DNA of 57,883 bases, filler included, from Catajapyx aquilonaris (Eukaryota): the NCBI GenBank assembly GCA_000934665.2. It is 2 parts of 2 records of this genome, joined end to end, with 100 filler letters (N's around TTAATTAATTAA, not from the genome) between each part and the next. Parts side by side here need not be neighbours in the genome. Positions count along the whole stretch, not along the records: positions 1 to 28,851 come from JYFJ02004862.1; positions 28,952 to 57,883 come from JYFJ02004863.1. One strand, 5' to 3'. Below the pieces are notes generated by a model, which was not told the origin of the DNA, ran no database searches, and saw nothing but the letters and a program-made list of their open reading frames with translations. Below, piece by piece: positions 26,736 through 37,100 of the stretch. The first letter of the stretch is position 1; every line of letters starts with the position of its first letter. The translations under genes were made by a program, and so were the position numbers.

Positions 26736-27789
26736 TTATATGACCTGGAAGGTGCAGGTAAGAGTAATGTCAATAGACATGAAGGCTCCCTTGTTAGTGA
26801 ACGTCCCGCAGTAATTGGGCGCTGAGAAGATGGTGACCAGCTGCCTGTCCGCGAAGAATTCATACCCATGCTCAGTCATTTGGTGACCACGACACATCAT
26901 CTCCAAGTTGTTCCTGTGCAGAAATGACTTAACTTCCTCTGGACTGAAAACCCAGCTGATGCCCCTCTCCCTGTTTGGTCCCCAATGCTGGACAGACATA
27001 TCGGGGTCGGACCAGAGGAGGTCACACATCAAACCTTCTGATGGCACCGGTCCAGAGCGAGGCAACAGGCTGATCTGAAAAAATGCATCGATCTTCAGTT
27101 TTTAAATACGTACACATTGTTTGGGACATCGCTGCAGATTCGAGCAAAAAATGAATTCAGACGCCCACCTGGGACACCATATGCAATTCGGGGCTGAGAC
27201 CACCATGGCAGCAGAATATCTTCCTGGACACTATTGCAGCCACTGGAAGGCAATTGAAGCACGCGTTGAACGCCATCCACATGCTGGCATTGCAGTGCTT
27301 CCTGAGAATCTCCTCGTAGAAACCATATATCCGGTTGACGGATGTAGACTCGTGGTTGCCCCTCAGCAAGTACACCCTGTCTGGATACTTGACCTTGTAG
27401 GCCAGAAGCAGGCACATGGTCTCGATGCTGTGTCTTCCCCTGTCCACATAGTCTCCCATGAAGAGATAGGAGGATTCAGGAGGGTATCCCCCGTGGTCAA
27501 ATATCCTGAGGAGGTCGTGGAACTGCCCGTGGAGGTCCCCGCAGACCTTGAGTGGGGCATGGATCTCCAGAAGCATAGGATCCCTAAGCAGGACAACCTT
27601 GGCCTTCTCGATGACTCCGAGGACTTCCCCGTCGGTCAAGGTTACGCTGCTGCGTCTCACTTTTTTGCGGGCACCCAGCAGCTTTCTGATCAGCTTGTCC
27701 AAATCGTCATCATCTGTGCCAATGGTGGACACCTCGGCTGACCCGCCATCATGTATTGAAACAGTGTCAGTGATGTCCAGGCCTTGCAT
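26736..27789 (-). CDS. Divergent PP1-type Ser/Thr protein phosphatase catalytic subunit (PPP family), about 319 aa
   Basis: Exons 27789-27169 and 27074-26736 joined by a 94-nt GT-AG phase-0 intron. Motifs GDLHGQ, GDYVDRG, RGNHE, HGGLSP, DLLWSDP, RGHQ and FSAPNYCG are all intact. Confidence 0.9.
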
Positions 27790-27951
27790 TTGGATTTAAA
27801 GAACCACGAGAGGGCAAGGGTGTACATTTAAAACAGACAATAAATTTATCTACTCAAATATGAAATGTTTGTTGATGTGATACAATCTCCATTTCCATAT
27901 AGATCTAAATTGTTAAAGAAGCAAAACCATAGTAATGTGATCAGAAGCAAA

Positions 27952-27970
27952 ATATTATTATTATCATTAT

Positions 27971-28029
<59 letters not shown>

Positions 28030-28056
28030 ATAATATTAATAATATTAATAATAATA
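27952..28056. repeat. (CTA)n microsatellite with flanking (ATT)/(AAT) low-complexity sequence
   Basis: About 19 CTA units at ~27973-28029. Confidence 0.95.
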
Positions 28057-28851
28057 AACAATCTGTTTATTAATTTGTTTTATAAATTCATTAGGTACCG
28101 GTATTATTAATAATGAATTATATAATTAATAAATATAAATAAAACTCAATCTATAATATTAAAATGCTTGCGTTGGGGGGCCGAGCCCTCTGATTGGTCC
28201 GCCGCCGCGCATTGTTGCCCCCACCTCCCCATTGGCCCGCGTTCATTGTTCCCTGGACGCATTGTTACCATGACGCCTCCAATTGGCCCCCCTTCCGAGC
28301 ATGCGCAATGGGTGGAAGAACGCCACAGTCTCTTGCTGGACGTCAACGAGGACACATCATTCTCCTCTCCCGTGAATACCCCTCCACCCTTCCACCTTCC
28401 TCCGCCCGCACGTCTTCACGGTGACCTCACAACAGGGGAGGGGGAGAGGAGGGGGGAATGGAACGTGCCATAAACAAACCGAATCGAATGTTGGCCACTG
28501 AGGTCGGAATCTGTTGTTTATCAGTGGTGCCAATATAAACTCCATGGACGTTTATGAACGAAGTTAAATAATTCCGGTTTTTTAAACGAGGTCCTTACTG
28601 CTGCCGTCAGATATGAGAAGACCGTAACTCAATGGCCACCTCCCCTTGCGCCGCTTGCGGCGAGAAATAAAAGCAGTGGTACCAAAAGCACCCAACAGGT
28701 GGAGTTGGGATGCCGTTCCTTTTTCCCCCTTCCCCCAGCGCCACCTCTTGGATCCTGTCGGTAACACTTGCTTTCTTTTCTCGCCGCAAGGGAAGTGGAT
28801 AATGAGTTACGGTTCTCTCACATCTGACTGCAGTACTGGCATCCCCCAGTG

Positions 28852-28951
28852 NNNNNNNNNNNNNNNNNNNNNNNNNNNNNNNNNNNNNNNNNNNNTTAAT
28901 TAATTAANNNNNNNNNNNNNNNNNNNNNNNNNNNNNNNNNNNNNNNNNNNN
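28852..28951. other. Assembly/scaffolding gap with artificial spacer
   Basis: 44 N + TTAATTAATTAA + 44 N = exactly 100 bp; the next contig begins with GATC. Confidence 0.9.
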
Positions 28952-29480
28952 GATCGGTGGCAGTCCTCGCTGTTCTTTTCTCAATAGGTTTTAATCCCGT
29001 CGATGTCCATTGTACGGCGGTGGGAATGCACCCTTTTCTCCTCTGCCATTGGCTCCTGTCCTTTCCCGGTGGGCGGAGCTACCAGAACCCCCGTATCTCC
29101 CCCCTACTTTCAATTCTTTCTTGCAAGGACTTACAGGCTACCACATTTATTCCACTTTTTCGGGGTCCCGCATCCGTCGCCATCTTGGACGGACTTGCGG
29201 GCCCGCATCTCCTGCGGGCCCGCAGACTTACAGGAGTCCACGAGAATCCGCCCCCTAAATTCCTGTTGCATAAACAACTTTTGGAAGAAAACATAGCACA
29301 GAAAATCAAAATTTCACTGTTATCTCTCAACAGAAATGGGAGTTAATATTTTTGTCTGTCACTTTTCCAGCCAGTCGGAGACATAAGGTTTTCTGGCCTA
29401 GCTGCAAACAGACCTAACACAACAAGCACAATTACTACTTTCTCGTTTGAATGCAATCAATGTAAATGGGACAACATATA

Positions 29481-30330
29481 CAGGGTGTCCCACAAATTAC
29501 GCTACCCAGAAATACATTAATAACTACAACACAAATGAAGATATTGCAACGGAATTTGAACTCAAGCAACCTCAACACGTGAGAAAGGAATTGGAATGGG
29601 TCTGTCCAATGTGGGTGCTGTAATACTGACACTGGAGCGACGAATCGGCCAGACGATACCTGTCTGGATACATCAATTCACAAAACTCTCGCATTTGGAC
29701 AACTGAAAATCCCCATGCCATACATGAAGAGCCCCTTCAATCACAGAAGGTTGGTGTTTGGTGTGCGATGTCCCAGCGCCGCATAATTGGTCCGATCTTC
29801 TTCGACACCACCATCACAACAGCTGCGTACATGGAAATCTTTCAGACCTTTGTGAACCAATTGGACGATGTGGAACTTTCGACTGGATATTTTCAACGGG
29901 ATGGGGCGACATGCTACACATCACATGTCAGCATGGCCGAAATAGAGTCCTTCTTCGGCGACCGAGTCATTTCGAAGGGACTGTGGCCACTGCGGTCGCC
30001 CGATCTTACGCCACCTAATTACTTCTTGTGGGGCTTTCTGAAAGGAAGATTGTACCGCAACAATCCACGGTCCATCCAGGCCTTGAAGGACAACATCGTC
30101 CAGGAAATTCAGGCAGTACCGCAGAATATGCTGGCCAGAACATTCCAAAATATGTCGCGCCGTGTTGAGACCTGCCTGGCCGCTAATGGTGGCCATTTCC
30201 AACACATGTTGTGATGCAATTTCAAATCACACATGACAAGGTTAGTTCAGTTCAAATTTCGTTGCAATATCTTCATTTGTGTTGATGTTATGGAAGTAAT
30301 TCTGGCTAGCGTAATTTGTGGGACACCCTG
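29481..30330 (+). mobile_element. Internally deleted Tc1/mariner element retaining the C-terminal catalytic region of its transposase
   Basis: TA-cagggtgtcccacaaattacgcta...tagcgtaatttgtgggacaccctg-TA with ~80-bp TIRs. ORF 29768-30214 has IIGPIFF, FQRDGA, WPLRSPDLTPPNYFLWG and GGHFQHML. The paralogue at ~49001-49020 has the empty site (caacatcTAcaaacaaaaac). Confidence 0.92.
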
Positions 30331-31190
30331 TACAAACAAAAACTTATCAAGCCACACACCAAGATCAATCCTGGAACATAACCTTTCCGTTGACCAATTT
30401 CCTTGAATTATTTACTGAACATCTGTTGAAGAAATATTTCATCTGGCAAGGCCTCACACATCACTCATGCAATTGGTAGCCACTATAACCTGAGAAGAAA
30501 ACACATTAATATGATGTGTCCACACTCACTGGCTGTAGCCTACAGTACACAGGTGATGACTTCCTCCTCCTGGCGGGGCCTCAAAAAAGGCAAGCGTTTC
30601 TACCTACAAATTCTTTATTCAATATTACTAGACCACACCAGGTACAATTATGTTAAACGAGCAATATATAAATAGCCCAAGACTCTCCCCTACAGTGTGA
30701 TACTGAATTGCACAGATCAAATTGCACACCCTGGTCATTCAGTTCCTCTACCCTTCTCTTTTCCTTTCCCCATATCCCCCAATGTATACATGCCACACAT
30801 GCATCAAAGATGCCCGCGGAACACGTCAGAAAAAAACTAATTACTCTTGTGAACAAGGTATGTGTTAATGAGTTCTTATGCCTTCCATAGGCAGGTGATG
30901 GCTGTGGAGACGAGAGACACAACTGACAAGGATTATCTCACATTCATTGTAGGCCTAAGCACATGCCCACAGTGTCTGATTTACACATATCAGCACACGG
31001 TTACATTCTCCTTGCTGAGTACAAAGTTGGGGTCTATTATACACTTGGTAGGTTCACATGAAACAAATAATGGGATGACTGGTAACTCGGTTCACATCTC
31101 CAGTTGCCCTGTTGGGGATTCCTCACACCTCATGCAGTCTATAACTAATACAGCACGTGTGAATGGGGCCTTGACGAAAAATCACTTTTC

Positions 31191-34100
31191 TCATCTGTGC
31201 CTTCTAACAACATGAAGTTTTAAAGTCCCTGACCGAGTAAACCTTTTCTTGCAAACCTGGCATCTGTATGGCTTCTCCCCCGTATGGGTTCTTATGTGAG
31301 TATTGAAATTTCCTGACGCACTAAACATTTTCTTGCAAACCGGGCAACTGTATGGCTTCTCCCCCGTATGGGTTCTCATGCGTTTATTCAAATTTCCTGA
31401 AATACTAAACTTTTGTTTGCAAATTATGCAACTGTATGGCTTCTCCCCCGTATGGGTTCTCATGTGTTTATTCAAATGTCCTGACTCGCGAAACTTTTTC
31501 TTGCAAACCAGGCAACTGTATAGCTTCTCCCCAGAATGGGTTCTCTTGTGTTTATTCAAATCACCTGATCCACTAAACTTTTGTTTGCAAATTATGCAAC
31601 TGAATGGCTTCTCCCCTGTGTGGGTTCTCATGTGGAGATTCAAATTACCTGATCTACTAAACTTTTTCTCACAAACCTGGCAACTGAATGGCTTCTCCCC
31701 TGTGTGGGTTCTCATGTGTTTATCCAAATCACTTGATCCACTAAACTTTTGTTTGCAAATTATGCAACTGAATGGCTTCTCCCCTGTGTGTGTTCTCATG
31801 TGGAGATTCAAATTACCTGATCTACTAAACTTTTTCCCACAAACCTGGCAACTGAATGGCTTCTCCCCTGTGTGCTCCCTCATGTGCGAATTCAAATTTA
31901 CTGACTGACTAAACTTTCGTTTGCAAATTATACAACTGAATGGCTTCTCCCTTGTGTGCACCCTCATGTGTTTTTTCAAATGTCCTGACTGACTAAACTT
32001 CTTCTTGCAAATCTGGCAACTGAATGGCTTCTCCCCCTTGTGAACAACCTTCACATGCTTATTCAAATATCCTGTTAGACTAAACTTTTTCTTGCAAATC
32101 TGGCAACTGAATGGCTTCTTACCTGTGTGAAGCCTAATGTGATTATTCAAAGTTCCTGACTCACTAAACTGTTTCTTGCAAATCTGGCAACTGTATGGCT
32201 TCTCCCCTGTGTGGGTTCTCATGTGTTTATTCAAATTTCCTGAGTCGCTAAACTTTTGTTTACAAATTATGCAACTGTATGGCTTCTCCCCTGTGTGGGT
32301 TCTCATGTGAATTTGCAAATTACTCCAGAAACTAAACTTCCTCTTGCAAATATGACAAACCTTCCTCCCGAAGTGTTTCCCTTTGTGCATGTCTTGCCGG
32401 GTCCCATTCTGCATGTTGTCTTCAGCCCTTTTTCCCTGAAATAAATGCAAGTATACATGAAGGGAGATGTTGGGGCATAGTTTTACAATCACACAAGATA
32501 TTTGCTGCGGCATTTCATGTGCAATGGGCCACCTTTTCCCTTCATCCTCGTAATTTTCATTACAAGAATTCTTGCAGGATTACTTTTGCAGTGGTCCACC
32601 ATAATATTTAAAGGGACACGCCACTCAAAATACAAGTGGGTGTCTAAAAATCAGGCAAAAAATCCTGATTCCGAGAATGCGATCCTTTTTTCTTTGAGGC
32701 GAACGGTAATCCGAGAAATAAATCTCAAAGTAGGCCGGCTGCAAACCCCCTCCCCCTCCAGTCTCGCCCACACCTCCCCCGGCCACCTGGCGGCTGCCTG
32801 AGGAAGTTGGAAATTACTCCGTCCCCAACAGCGCGAGTTTGAAATGCAGTTCCGGGTCGGATATTACTGGCTGCTGCCAATGCATATGTTGTCACCGAGG
32901 TGTTACTTTCCGGACCTCGCCTTTGCTTGGCCCCGCCGGTGGCCTACATCTGTTGCTCCCGCATACACCAATTTAGTCGCAATAGTGCTTCAAATTGGAA
33001 TTAAGTCATTGAAACAGAGCCATTAGCAAAATGTTCGGTCCACACACATTTTAGCTGCTATTCTCAAACCGATGTGCACTGGGGAAAAGAGGTGCATCAG
33101 GAGATATGTCAAACATGGTCATTGGGCTCGATGGCCGAGGAAACATTACCTGTGCATCAGTATTGGACACATCAACAGTGGATGTTCCGGTGCTGGTTTT
33201 CATGTCTGATGTCCACTGGGGGGAGGGGGGTGCAATAAAATATACGCACATTGACGCAGCGCCACATTATTCCTACCTCCATCAGTGTTGGAACAGCATT
33301 AGGCTTTAGTTTCCGCCTCTTCTGTTCCGGTCTGTAGGGGCCATCCATAAATTACGTAACGCTTTGGGGGGCAGGGGGGGTCGACGCCAGCGTGACATGC
33401 CGTTACAATGCGGAGGGGGGGTCCGGCCGACCGTTACGTAATGCCATAATTTAAATACAATTAATTGGTAAATTCCATGTCATAACGTAAGTTACGCGTT
33501 ACACGGGGGTAGGGGGGGGTGTCAAAAAAGCCGAAAATCAGCGTTACGTAATTTATGGATGGCCCCTAGGGAAATAGCGACTGCCTGTGAAAGTGATCCA
33601 TGCACACCTGATGACTTGACATGGGTGTATACGTTGGTGGCAAATTCAAGGCTTCTCGCCATTGCCGCATCAAATCCTGACGCTCGCAAGGAACGTACGT
33701 CACTCGCTCCAACCGTTTCCTATGGCGCTTACAAATAAACTACACAGAACGGGCCACCACCATTGCCTTTCTTGCCCATGATGCTACTTGCTTCCAAGCC
33801 CGCCTCGATATGCCAGACTGGAAGGCCAGAAATGATAAACCCCCCTGCCGAAGTGCTAAACATAAACATGTGTCGTCTTCCAGTCGTTCCCTCCGGGCGT
33901 TTGGTCATCGTCATGGGGATCTGATGCGGGAGCAACACATGTAGTCCACCCGTAAACAATTAGGGGCCAAACAAAGGCAAGGTCCGGAAAGTAACACCTC
34001 GGTGACACCATATGCATTGGCAGCAGCCAGAAATATCCGACCCCGAACTGCATTTCAAACTCGCGCTGCTGGGTAGTAACACCCAACTTCCTCAGGCAGC

Positions 34101-37100
34101 CGCCAGGTGGCGAGTATCCAACTTCCCCCGGTGGCCGTGGGTGAGGAGGGCGGCTCCACGCTCGATCAGAAGTCGAATTTATTCCGACTTTCGTATCTTC
34201 CCCTGTCATTACCGTTCGCCTCAGAGATAAACGGATCGCATTCTCGGAATCAGGATTCTTTGCCTGATTTTTAGAGGCCAACTTGTATTTTTAGTGGAGT
34301 GTCCCTTTAATAATATACAGGGTGTTTATTGTAACTCTGCAAAGACTTTCAGGGGTAATAGAGGGGACCAATACAAGTATTTTTGACATAGGAACCCGTG
34401 TCCGGAAACGCCATCTAGAGGGGGTTCATGGACGAGGAACGGGTGCGCTCACACGCGTCAGGTGAGAGGCGCTAGGCGAGCGGACTGTTTTGTTGATAGA
34501 TGGCACTCGGATAGTAACCAACGATGCGATGTGTCATAACGTGGCAACAACAGAGCCATCTAGAAACTAAAGTCCGCCTCCTAGGAGACTCGCGGATAGT
34601 CAACAGCGGTTCTGTTGTTGCCAGGTTATGGCGTATCGTGTTGTTGTTTACTTACAACGACGCGATACGCCATTACCTGGCAACAACTGCGCGCCATCTA
34701 CCAACAAAACAGTCCGCTCTCCTAGTGCCTCTCGCCTGACGCGTCTGAGCGCACCCGTTCCTTGTCTATGAACCCCCTCTAGATGGCGTTTCCGGACACG
34801 GGTTCCTATGTCAAAAATGCTTGTCTTGGTCCCCTCTATTACCCCTGAAAGTCTTCGCAGAGTTACAATAAACACCCTGTATAATAATAATAATTTGTAC
34901 CCCGTGCTAGAGCCATGGGCCCTCTTAGGGGGTGGGATACCACCATTTTTTTAAAAAATCTGGAACTCTTGCTTTCGTTTTTACTTCTCGTATATGGGGA
35001 TGGGATAGGGACGGAAGGAAGCGGCTGTGGCCTATAATTACAGACACGACCCCGGAATTTTCCTGGTGAGACCATGGGAAACCACAGAAAACCACGCTCA
35101 GGGTCGGCAGCCACCAGGATTCGAACCCACCTCCCGATTAGCAGTCAGATACCATATCCCCTCCACTACCACTGCTTCGGTCTCCATAATATCTAGTGTT
35201 TCTGGAAACAATTACCAGCATAACACGGGACATCCTGTATTAAGATATCATAATTGCAGCAGTTATGTTAGCTGCTATTTACTTGTACTAAGGTCATTTT
35301 CTCCACCCAGTTTTAAGGACGAAGCAAAAAGAACCACAGGAAAGCAGTGCATAATAATTTGTGTATTTTATTTCAGATTTTTATTGGTCATTTTATTGAA
35401 GTTCATTGTCTCAAATATGATTTGGTCTAGAGGAGTGCAGTTATGTAACCTCCTCTGCCACTCAATATTTCATTTGCTGTGCTCTGGCTGGGAACCAGTG
35501 TTTGTTTCCCTTCCACTGGAAAATATTTGGCTACGTTATGATCGCATTTAAAAATTGGACACAATACTAGCAATACTACATTTACGATATAATCTCTTGA
35601 ACTTTGATGCAGAATGAAGCCAGAGATGGCCCAACTCTGCACGAATAATGGTGGGAACCCCGGGTGGGCATTGAACCTGGGACCCTCATATCCGTGGTCG
35701 CGCGCGTTACAGTGGCGCCACTTCATCTCCCAATCCATCCATTCAATTCATTCATCAATTGTACCACTGTAATAAATGGGTACCCTACTCTGCCGTCCCG
35801 CGGAAAAATGCCATATCTGCAGGTACGGCTTTTTTTCCGCGGGACGGCACAGAGTTTGATATCAGAAAAAACACGATCGAAAACGATAGCTCCTCAACTA
35901 AACCGTGTAAGTGCGTAAAAAACACATTTCCCCATGTCTTAGAGGTCGCTAATTACGATTTTAAGGTTATTTTGACCCTGGACCTACAGGGTGTACCAAA
36001 AAGTCCCCTTGGAATTCAAGAACTTCCAGAAAAAAACACAATAAGTAGGTGTAAATAACAATTCCCGATGCTTTCGCGGTCACTGATTTTGATTTCAAGG
36101 TTATTTTGAATCAAGACCTACAGGGTGTACCGAAAACACTGTCGAATTTAATAACTTGTAGGATAAATGGTATAAATGATTACAAATAATGTTAATTGAG
36201 GGGGTTACAAATAGAATGAAATCATTTATTTCTTTACTAATAATTTTTAATTTTTATGAAATAAAATTTTAAAAATAGCTTGATTTTTTTGTTGTTCGTT
36301 TGATAAATCCTATCCTGCAAAAGCGGCTCCACAAGACTCAATCATGAAATTGTTGTTATGGTGATTGGTGACCTTCAGAATGTACTGTAAATAAGACATT
36401 GGTGCAATAAGTCCTTAAGTCCATTGAAGTGAGTTTGGAGATATTCAACAAAAACTGTTTATCTTGGTTCATGACAATCTAAGGACAACTAAAATTTTGT
36501 ATGTCATAACAGCCCCTATTACCTTCACAACTGGATATGTTTGACCGATTTCAAAAAAGTAACGGTTTTGCAAAAAAAATTAAATAGGAAGTGGAGTTAC
36601 CTTGTTATTGCACAAAATTTTTGTTTCATACACCACAAAGCTTTATTGAATCTTGCCACACACCTTACAGCTTCCTTACACATCATCCTCAGCATCTGAG
36701 TCATCACTCTCATTCTCATCTTTCGAATTGACAAGTTCTTGGTAGTACCACATGTCACATTCTGGTACATACTTTTGCGCCAACTTCATGACATATGCAT
36801 ATTTATTTACATTCAGGGGCAAGGGCCCATTGTAGGCCCGCACAGGTTGTATGTCACAGGGCTTGTGAATATTCCTCTCCAACACGAAATGGCAAGGAGG
36901 AACATCTCCTGAATGTGATTCAGACACATACACCTCATGATGATGGCTCGAACTCATTTCAAATCTTTTGTATTTTGAAATAGCAAACACATCTTTTAGT
37001 CCAGGCAGATTTGTATTTTCGCTCATATTGCGTGTTAATTTTGATCTGTTTGTTGGATGTTGTTAAGAATAATGAGAAGTTTCAAAATCGACTTGTCGCC

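Noticed and set aside
27121..27741. 206-aa plus-strand ORF (and 16400-16804)
   Set aside because: Antisense to the GC3-rich PP1 and kinase B exons.
27846..28110. Poly-Ser and poly-Leu ORFs
   Set aside because: Translations of the (CTA)n microsatellite.
28595..28835. Imperfect ~50-bp inverted repeat next to the gap
   Set aside because: Probably a MITE fragment; no TSD could be determined and the context is truncated by the gap.
31303..31908. 201-aa repetitive plus-strand ORF (QLNGFSPVWVLM repeats)
   Set aside because: Antisense shadow of the zinc-finger array.
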